A stretch of DNA of 48,313 nucleotides from Macrostomum lignano (Eukaryota), in assembly GCA_002269645.1 (NCBI GenBank), contig NIVC01002794.1:1-48313 (forward strand), in the 5' to 3' direction. The number at the start of each line of letters is the position of its first letter. Position 1 is the stretch's first letter. The position numbers and the translations under genes were made by a program. The notes below the pieces were generated by a model, which was not told the DNA's origin, did no database searches, and saw only the letters and a list, made by a program, of their open reading frames with translations. Below, piece after piece: positions 11,568-21,312 of the stretch.

Positions 11568-13598
11568 TCAAAGTCCCATTCGGAACGCCAGTCTGCCAAA
11601 GTAGTAAGTTATCAGAGCAGCCAGGACCACGAAGGCCAAGGGAACTAAATAGAAAATGGCCTGCTTCTTAGAATTCTCATAGTTCTGCATGTTGATGGCG
11701 ATGAGTTGCTCCTCAGATAGGGAGAAACTGCGGTGATGGGCGCCTGGGTCGTTTCAGAGGCTGCTGCAGGCGACATGGTGGTCGGCGTACTTGTGGTAGT
11801 TGGAGTAGCTGTGGTAGTTGGAGTAGCTGAAGTAGTTAAAGTAGTTGTGGTGGTGGGTGTAGTTGTGCTGGTGGGTGTAGTTGTGCTGGTGGGTGTAGTT
11901 GTGGTGGTGGGTGTAGTTGTGCTAGTCGCGAGATATCTTAGGGGAATGCAACAGATAAACTGTGCCGAATGAGGAGAGAAGACTTGCTCCTTCAACTCTC
12001 TGGTGCTGTGCTCAATGACGATTCCGTAGTTTGACTATGTTACTTTCTGCTTGAAATATTTGTCATATAGAGGCAATCCTGTCGCGCGTAACTTCGGTCC
12101 ATGGGTGTTGTTCAACCTGTACGGTGGTTCTTCGTATGCCATCAGGCAACCGTCAGAACATCCGCTTTTGATGGAGTTGAACACGCTGGAATATCAATAA
12201 ATGAGGAAATATTCAATATCGGCACTTATCCGAGTGTTAAATCAGATTCAGACAGTCAGGACAACTCACGAACTGAAAGCTGATCGAGCAGCGGTCTCAG
12301 TCAGATCAATCAGCGTCTCTCCGCTGGCCAGGCTGCACATGGTCGGCGCCTCCCAGAACTTCATAGAATAGCCGCCACGTCGAAAGCAAAAGGAGCGGCC
12401 GTCGCTCGAGTTGGCGCAGGTGTAGCCAGAAGCCGGTGCTGGGCAGCAGGTCAGGTTGGATATCGGACACACGCACATGCAGATGGCGTAGCCATCGTCA
12501 TTTATTTCTCTAGAGTTCCAATTAGTCACGTTGACTGTGGTGTCCGTGATCACACCCACTGTTGGGTTGGCCTCTGTGCTGGTGAAGACTTCGCTCGACG
12601 GGCTCACGTCGGTGCTGGAGACGTACAGCTGGCTGGTCTGGCTGCGCCAGGCGAACACCCTGTCTGCCGGGCTGGTGCGGGCGGCCATACTGGCTCCGAT
12701 CCAGTACCTTGACGCGCTGATGCCGCTGCGGATGGAGTAATAAAAACTATGTCGATGAGCTGAGAAGTTATTTTTTAAACTTTTGTGTGTGAGTGTGCAG
12801 CATGGGTTAATTTAACTAACGTCTTTCCAGACAGTTAATTAGCTCGTAGGAGACAAATGTTTTGGCAAAAACGCAATCAAAATTGGGCAAACGTTAAATA
12901 TCTACAAACAAACAGATAGATCTTAGAAATTTAGTGTAACGGTAAGTGGGTTGATGGCTGGGACACAAGCGGATCAGTGCGTGCTCAACAATAAATGCAA
13001 GTGATGTCTGATATCGAACATCGATCAGAGTCGAAGGCAAAAGGTGAGTTTTTTATTTAAGATGCAGTTCGAAACCAAATTGCGTCGTAAACGCACGAAC
13101 AACTCGAGCAGCAATCGAAGGGAAATCATTTCTTGAGTTAGTCGACCAAATCGATTAATTTAATATGGTGTTTTTAGCAATAATTTTCACTTGTCTATGT
13201 GTTGTGTATATTGTTTGAGCATGGTGCAAGCAACAAATATTTTCGTAGTCCTTTAGGGCGAGACACTCTTCTCTGGTGGACTTTCCCAACTTCTCTGCTC
13301 TAAATTGACTTCGTGACTTTTCGTTTCCCAGCGTCGTTTGTACTCACCTGGTCAATGTTGTAAAATTATCGTAGAACAGTTCAAACGATGACTGGTCCAA
13401 ATTCTGCATGCCAAAGCTCGAGCAGTAGGTGCCCACGTAGGCATCGTCACCCAGAATGCTGATGTTGTAGCATCGGTCCGCCTTGCACAGCACCGCGGAT
13501 TTGAAGACCTGCCCGTCTGTCAGCCTGCCTGCCGACAGGATGATGACGCACACAGTCCACAGGGCTGCCAGCTCAGTAAGCTGGCTTCGTTGTAGCAT
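11568..13598 (-). pseudogene. C-type-lectin-like / mucin-stalk / TM protein, tandem copy 1, disrupted
   Basis: complement join(13348-13598, 12270-12725, 11568-12185). Exons 1 and 2 are 251 and 456 nt, as in copies 2 and 3. In-frame TAG at 12035-12037 (KQKVT*SNYG) and a 1-bp deletion at about 11720-11722 (GGG versus GGGG in copy 2) that shifts the frame before the TM helix. Confidence 0.8.
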
Positions 13599-15342
13599 TT
13601 CAGACTACTCAGGCACAGAGGCAGTTGTGAGCAGCGTCTAAAGTTTCTGTATTGTTCCTTGGTTGGGAATTTCACGAATTTAAAGCCAACTCTAGCGCCA
13701 AGCTAACCCATTGTATTCGCGTTTCATTGTCGTTGGATGAGCAGTCCGGACTTTTCTTGCTTGTTTCCGCCTCGCCCTCTCTTGCATCGCTCAGGGAAAA
13801 ATTCCAGAAAATTCCAGATTCTTAAAGACTTGACTAAAATCCTCTTTATCTTCTTTGCAGTTCCCAGTGCCGCAGCCGTTCCACCTCCCCCCCCCCCTCC
13901 AACCGTGACGCCACGGGCCGCCTGCGTTTTGCCTTCCACTGGATGGGGTGACAAGCAAAATTTGCTGGAACTTTCAAGAGTTCCACCCACGCAGTTCTTA
14001 AATATGATACAACTAACGCATCAGCTACCAAGTGGTTTCTAGTTCGTAATCATAAGCAGCTTCGTTGGCATGCATCTTACATCAAATTTGCGATTCTTTG
14101 AAAGTTTTTATGTCTAAATCGAAAATGCTAACACTTTTGTCAACAATATCTGACAACTCAGGATGCTGTGAATCGTTGCTCAGATACTGCAAAACTTTGT
14201 TCAGCTTTAGATTAAAAAGCAAATTTGTGAAAATCGTTTCAACCAAACCGAACTTATGATAACTTCAGCAAAAGCTGACGCAAAACTCTGCTGTCTGTTG
14301 TGTGCAAACTGACACATGTAGGCCAGCCTGAGTTGTCTGTAAAAAGCCGAGAAGAGAGAAAGACCGCTGCTAGAAAGAGAATATTGAACACTTTAATTTA
14401 TGAAAAATCTTCTTGAAAGAAGAACTTGTAAAGAACTAGAAGAAGAACTCGTAAAGCTTCACTTTTACTAGTATCATCACGAAAACAGTGAATGACCATC
14501 CTATTGTGCGAAAGACCGGCTCTCAACATCTAATTTTAGAGCTTCCAAATATGGTAAATGTTAACCTGAAATTGACCCAAATCTCACCCTTTTTATTTAA
14601 ACAGCCCATCCCCTGTCAAACTATAAAATTACTTTTGTAACCTCATAAAAAACCTGTTGAGCCCAAGGTCGGCTCGAGGTCCGACTCGGAGCAGCCTCAT
14701 GAGAACTTGAGATTTATCCAGAACTAGAATCAAAACGAGACTACATCTCCGAGAGAAGTGTATACGAATCAGTAAGCCTTTGTTGAAGTCTTTGTTATTT
14801 TATTATCGAGAGGTGAGTCATTGCTGGCCGTTACTGATCAGTTGATTTCTATTGAGTTCTTGAATTATAGTCTCTCTCTCCCTCGTCAAGAAAGATAGTA
14901 AAAGATAGAAGTATTAGCTGATTCTGCTGTTTGACAATGACAATAATCACTCAGAAAAAAGCAATTCATACTACTATGAGCAGATTATTGACTCCGATAG
15001 AATTTTTCGCAGCCTGACATCTCCTCAGTTTTAAAACAGGTTTTAAAAAGGCAAAGACGAGACAAAAAAGTCTTTACGATGCATTAAAGAGACAAATTCC
15101 AAAGACCCGATGTTTTACTTTTAGTTTCCGTGTCAAACAGTTGGAAAGAAACTTTTTAATCAGTAGTTCAAAGAAATCGAGGTCTATAGTTTCAATTCTA
15201 ACATTATTTAGACGAAAAACAAACAGTTATTTTCTTCCCAGTTCAGAGTTCCAGTTTCAGTTTGACTCGCGGTGCCGATGCTTCAAACAGAAATTTCCAA
15301 ATCTTCCGGCCAAATTGAGGGTGCAGCCGACTCTCAAAGCAA

Positions 15343-17204
15343 TCAAAGTCCCATTCGGAACGCCAGTCTGCCAAAGTAGTAAGTTATCAGAGCAGCCAGG
15401 ACCACGAAGGCCAAGGGAACTAAATAGAAAATGGCCTGCTTCTTAGAATTCTCATAGTTCTGCATGTTGATGGCGATGAGTTGCTCCTCAGATAGGGGAG
15501 AAACTGCGGTGATGGGCGCCTGGGTCGTTTCAGAGGCTGCTGCTGGCGACGTGGTGGTCGGCGACATTGTTTTGGGGGGTGTGGTTGTGGTGGTTGGCAT
15601 AGTTGTGGTGGTCGGCGCAGTTGTTGTGGTCGGCGCAGTTGTGGTGGTCGGCGCAGTTGTTGTGGTCGGCGCAGTTGTGGTGGTCGGCGCAGTTGTTGTG
15701 GTCGGCGCAGTTGTGGTGGTCGGCGCAGTTGTTGTGGTCGGCGCAGTTGTGGTGGTCGGCGCAGTTGTGGTGGTCGGCTCAGTTGTTGTGGTGGTCGGCG
15801 CAGTTGTGGTGGTCGGCGCAGTTGTGGTGGTCGGCGCAGTTGTGGTGGTCGGCGCAGTTGTGGTGGTCGGCTCAGTTGTTGTGGTGGTCGGCGCAGTTGT
15901 GGTGGTCGGCTCAGTTGTTGTGGTGGTCGGCGCAGTTGTGGTGGTCGGCTCAGTTGTTGTGGTGGTCGGCGCAGTTGTGGTGGTCGGCGCAGTTGTGGTG
16001 GTCGGCGCAGTTGTGTCAGTAATGTTGACCAGAAGAGTGCACACAAACTGAGATGAACTGGAACTGCCCTGCTCTTTTAGATACTGAGGACTACCTTTTT
16101 CAACGACAATCACTCTCTGGGAATCGGTTGTTTTCTCTCTTAGATATCCGTCATTCAAAGCGAATCCGTCAGCTCTCAGGTTGGCGCCATAGCTGTCATT
16201 GAACCTGTACTGCATTACCTCGTATGCCATAAGGCAGAAATCGTACTGACAGCGGGTCTTGAAGGAGTTGAACACGCTGGAATACGAGAGTAGCATACAC
16301 CTACATGCGCCTCGTATGTATATAAATATCAAGCAGTTCGAGCAGTCAAATAAGCGACACAGCTCACCTTTGAAAGGCCACCCGAGCAGCGGTCTCAGTG
16401 AGATCAATCAGCGTCTCTCCGCTGGCCAGGCTGCACATGGTCGGCGCCTCCCAGAAATCCTTTTTGGAGTCGCCACGTCGAAAGCAAAAGGAGCGACCGT
16501 CGCTCGAGTTGGCGCAGGTGTAGCCAGAAGCCGGTGCTGGGCAGCAGGTCAGGTTGGATATCGGACACACGCACATGCAGATGGCGTAGCCGCCGTCATT
16601 TATTTTTCTAGAGTTCCAATTAGTCACGTCAACTGTGGTGTCCGTGATGACACCGACTGTTGGGTCTTCCTCCGTGCTGGTGAAGACTTCGCTAGACGGG
16701 CTCACGTCGGTGCTGGAGACGTACAGCTGACTGGTCTGGCTGCGCCACGCGAACACCCTGTCTGCCGGGCTGGTGCGGGCGGCCATGCGGGCGCCAGTCC
16801 AGTACCTTGACGCGCTGATGCCGCTGCGGCGCGGAAAGTTTCGGAGAAATTTAGCTCACTGATAGTTCACTGATGGCTCTTGATTTCAGCCCAAACGAGT
16901 TGCTGTCAGTTGCGCTAATTAGCTAACTATTTACAAGTTCCAGTCACGCTCACCTGGTCAGAGTTGCGGTATTTTCGAAGAAGAGTTCAAACGATGGTTG
17001 GTCCAAATTCTGCATTCCATAACTAGAACAGTAGGTGCCCACGAAGTCTGCGTCTCCCAGAATGCTGATGTTGTAGCATCGGTCCGCCTTGCACAGCACC
17101 GCGGAGTTGAGAACCTGCCCGTCTGTCAGCCTGCCTGCCGACAGGATGATGGCGCACACAGTCCACAGGGCTGCCAGCTCAGTAAGCTGGCTTCGTTGGA
17201 GCAT
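15343..17204 (-). CDS. Type I membrane protein with two C-type-lectin-like domains and a long Thr-rich mucin stalk, tandem copy 2 (546 aa)
   Basis: complement join(16954-17204, 16368-16823, 15343-16276), phases 2 and 2 consistent. Signal peptide [24 protein letters not shown]; CTLD-like patterns CKADRCY...YWTG...FAW...NWN...CMCVC and FCF...FWEAPTMC; PTTTTA repeats; [21 protein letters not shown]. Confidence 0.85.
15600..16015 (-). repeat. Coding VNTR (18/21-bp units encoding PTTTTA / PTTTTTE) in the mucin stalk of copy 2
   Basis: Tandem GTGGTGGTCGGCGCAGTT-type units on the + strand, in frame within exon 3. Confidence 0.9.
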
Positions 17205-18195
17205 TTCAGACTACTCAGTCTCAGAGGCAGCTGTGAGCAGCGCCAAGAGTTTCTGAATTGTTTTAACCTCCTCAGCAGGGAGTTGGTTGACTTTAAAAGT
17301 CATCTGCAGCCCTCAACTCAGAAGGCAGCTGAGAGCTTTTCTTGTCTGTTTTCGCCCTACTGCTGGTGTCTCCCTCAGAGGCCAATTATCGATCCTTGGT
17401 GTCTTTCTCTAGAAGTCTTGCTTGCCATGTCTCGCTTATTGTTTGTTGCCGGCACCCCTTCAGCTCAGCCTTCTGTAAGCTGGAAAGCCAGACCTGACCG
17501 TGTTACAGGAACTCACCTATGTGGCAATGGTTACTAAAATATTCTGAGCACGGGTTGCTGCAGTCAGGTGATGCAATCTACTAAGCAGTTGCACTTTTGT
17601 GTCTCCCTTCACGTGGTCCAGTGTTGTTGAAGCACAATTTTACCAGTTTTTTTGCCTGCTCTATGTGTTGTTTTTATATTTACTGGCGTCTGTATACTTT
17701 CAGTAGTGTGCTATGAGTGGACATTTTTTAGTCAGCTCATTGCCTTCATAGAATCAGTATGAGATAGTTTAAAAAAACCTCAGAAGTAACTCCTTTTGAT
17801 TATCTGCACAGGGGATCATAGCTCTGTCAGAATTTGGGATCATATTCCCGTATATTGTAATAAATGTGTATTAATGTTTATTATTTCAATAATGTTTTTC
17901 AAAACTAAAAACGGGAAAAAAGGCTTGAAAAACTAAACTAGAAAAAGAGTTCACTAGATTGAGTAAAAACTCAAAAATATTTTCGATTTCAGAACTTCGG
18001 AACTTCCAGTATCCCTCCATCAACTTTGCATGATGTTATCTTAGTAAACATATCGCGTACGAGCGTCAAGATGTGAGAAATTTGCGCACAACATTCACTA
18101 CCAATGATTCATTCAATGACAGACAGTACATATCTAAAACGCATTGTCAGTCTTCATAAGAAACAGCTTTTGTGTTATTTTTTTGCTCGGAAACG

Positions 18196-20354
18196 TTAGA
18201 CGCCCATTTGATAAGCAAGCCTGCCAAAGTAATAAGCAATCAGCACTGCCAGAACCAGAAACACAACAGGGACCAAATAGAATGTCGCCTTCTCTTTTGA
18301 ATTCTCGTAGTTTTGAATGTTAATGGCCACGACTTGCTCCTCTGACAGCGGAGTGACAGCTGAAGCCTGCTTGGTAGCAGTCGATGCTATCGGGGTGGGG
18401 ATAGTAGGTGTGGTTGTAGTACTCGGCGCAATTGTAGTGGTAGTCGGCGTAGTAGTTGTGGTAGTCGGTGTAGTTGTTGTGGTAGTCGGCGTAGTAGTTG
18501 TTGTGGTAGTCGATGCAGTTGTTGTGGTAGTCGATGCAGTTGTTGTGGTAGTCGGCGTAGTTGTTGTGGTAGTTGATGTAGTTGTGGTAGTCGGCGTAGT
18601 AGTTGTAGTAGTTGTAGTCGTTTCTACAGGTGTGGCAGTGCATACAAACTGGCCAGAACCCCCGCTGGTGTCCCTCTCTTCCAGGTACCTGATTCCACCT
18701 GTGCCAGAGTCTTTTTCAATGGTAATTCCGTACCTGGCATCGTCTGTTTTCTGCTTCAAGTATCCCTCCTTCAAAGGGAAACCTTCCGCAAGCAGTTTCG
18801 GCCCATAGCTATCGTTGAACCTGTACGGCAGCTCCTCGAAAGCCATCAGGCAGGTGTCATGACAACCGGCCTTGAAGGTGTTGAAAACACTGGAAAGGGG
18901 TTTTTCTAATTATTATTATCCATAAAGGGAAAAAGAACCAGAGACTGTGTACAGTGAAACGTACGCATGAAAGGCCACTCGAGCAGCGGTCTCAGTCAGA
19001 TCAATCAGCGTCTCTCCGCTGGCCAGGCTGCACATGGTCGGCGCCTCCCAGTACTTCTTTTTGGAGTCGCCACGTCGAAAGCAAAAGGAGCGACCGTCGC
19101 TCGAGTTGGCGCAGGTGTAGCCAGAAGCCGGTGCTGGGCAGCAGGTCAGGTTGGATATCGGACACACGCACATGCAGATGGCGTAGCCGCTGTTATCTAC
19201 TTTTATCGAGTTCCAATTAGTCACGTTGATTGTGGTGTCCGTGATCACACCCACTGTTGGGTCTTCCTCCGTGCTGGTGAAGACTTCGCTAGACGGGCTC
19301 ACGTCGGTGCTGGAGACGTACAGCTGGCTGGTCTGGCTGCGCCAGGCGAACACCCTGTCTGCCGGGCTGGTGCGAGCGGCCCTGTGGACGCCAGTCCAGT
19401 ACGTCGTCTCACTGACGCCACTGGAAAGTCAGGTAAGGATGTAGCTCGTACGAGCTCTTTTTACGATCGTCGTTTCTCGTAGGGACGAATCGTCAACAGA
19501 AAACTCACGATAATTATTGATTTTCTATTTCCAACTATGAGCTTTCTGGCTGCCCGTCATCCGTCATCCGAGGCATTCCAGTTTAGCATTCCAGTGAATT
19601 ATGAGATGGACTAGGCCTACAAGCTACGGTCCGCAATGCTTCACGCCAGTCCCTCTATTCTGCAGGTTAAGGCTGGTTGGGGGTCGTCTAGTCAGTGCTA
19701 CAGATTCAGTAGGGCTCACCTAGTCAGAGCTGCTATGTTAGCAGTGAACAGATTCAGTAGGGCTCACCTAGTCAGTGCTGCTATGTTAGCAGTGAACAGA
19801 TTCAGTAGGGCTCACCTAGTCAGAGCTGCTATGTTAGCAGTGAACAGATTCAGTAGGGCTCACCTAGTCAGAGCTGCTATGTTAGCAGTGAACAGATTCA
19901 GTAGGGCTCACCTAGTCAGTGCTGCTATGTTAGCAGTGAACAGATTCAGTAGGGCTCACCTAGTCAGTGCTGCTATGTTAGCAGTGAACAGATTCAGTAG
20001 GGCTCACCTAGTCAGAGCTGCTATGTTAGCAGTGAACAGATTCAGTAGGGCTCACCTAGTCAGAGCTGCTATGTTAGCAGTGAACAGATTCAGTAGGGCT
20101 CACCTAGTCAGTGCTGCTATGTTAGCAGTGAACAGTTCAAACGATATCTGGTCGAGCTTCTGCATCCCGAAGCTGGCGCAATAGCTACTCAAGTAGTCAC
20201 CGTTTCCAAGAATGCTGATGTTGTAGCATCGGTCCGCCTTGCACAGCACCGCGGAGTTGAGAACCTGCCCGTCTGTCAGCCTGCCTGCCGACAGGATGAT
20301 GGCGCACACAGTCCACAGGGCTGCCAGCTCAGTAAGCTGGCTTCGTTGGAGCAT
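18196..20354 (-). CDS. C-type-lectin-like / mucin-stalk / TM protein, tandem copy 3 (466 aa)
   Basis: complement join(20104-20354, 18965-19420, 18196-18889). Donors AG|GTGAGC and GC|GTACGT, acceptors TTTCCAG twice. Frame is open to TAA. TM FYLVPVVFLVLAVLIAYYF. Confidence 0.85.
19702..20133 (-). repeat. 9 x 48-bp tandem array spanning the exon 1 end and 5' splice site of lectin copy 3
   Basis: Unit on the + strand: AGATTCAGTAGGGCTCACCTAGTCAG(A/T)GCTGCTATGTTAGCAGTGAAC. The minus strand encodes LFTANIAALT followed by AG|GTGAGC. Confidence 0.95.
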
Positions 20355-21312
20355 TTCAGACTGAGTTTGAGCTAGAGGGCAAAAGTTATATGAATACAAG
20401 GCTTGGCTTCTTGACTTCTGGCCTGTCAGTTTTCCACGAGCTATATACGTATTGTTTTTTTGGCTCTTGAGCACAATTCAGCTTTGAGAGAGCAAAACTC
20501 AAGCTGGCTCTCTGCTAGGCTATCTTTCATATAGCCTCTTCAACCCTAACAATTTCTCTGAGAATTTCTTGGTAGGGATGGAAGACACCTCAGCCCCCAG
20601 CTTCTCAGGCACGACATGCTTCCATCAACCCACAACCCCAGTGCCGCACTAGTTGTTGACTTCCACCCGGTGGTTGCCGTAGCATCTGTAATGCCAGAAC
20701 CGTAGCCGATCTCTTTCAATAGTTCTGACTGGGTCACCCGCAGCCTCTCGCCTGCTTGGTTGAGTTGGCAATGCAATGGGGTAGCTTGGCTTAGGCAGTT
20801 GTGAGACTAAAGACGCGAGGGGTTTTTCTTCCCTGTTAAAGTGCAAATGTTCGCGTCGTTACTCATTTCAACCTTCTCCTTATACCTGACTTGAAAATGA
20901 AATTTGAAGATGAGGCAAATTTTTAAAGCCAATTATAAGCTACCAGAAAATTAGCAGGTCCGAGGCAAAGCGTCCAGAAAACGGTAAGCTTTCTAGATTT
21001 TACACACTGAAGCGCATGATTATTATGACTGGCTGGTTGGTTAAAAACTATCTCTGTCCGTCTGCTGTTACATATTCTTGTAAATTTGCCAACACCAGAC
21101 ATAAAATATAAGGAGTCGTTTTAAGCATGATCTACTACTGACAGTAGAGGGTTAGAAATTGAGTAGACGAGTAGACGAGTAGATCAAACGTCTTTTGTAA
21201 CGATTTGACAAGGCAGAGCTAACAATTGGTAAGGTGACAGGTGGTAGTCAAAATAATTTAGATGCAGTTATAGTTCCCAATTAGCACTACAATGTTGGAG
21301 CCAGGACGCCGT

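Noticed and set aside
20546-20810. Possible extra 3' exon of the SARA-like gene (RLRVTQ...IGYGSG loosely resembles the SARA C-terminal GLRVT...VGY)
   Set aside because: The similarity is only a few residues, and the available acceptor is phase 0 while the only nearby donor in exon 5 is phase 2. cDNA is needed.
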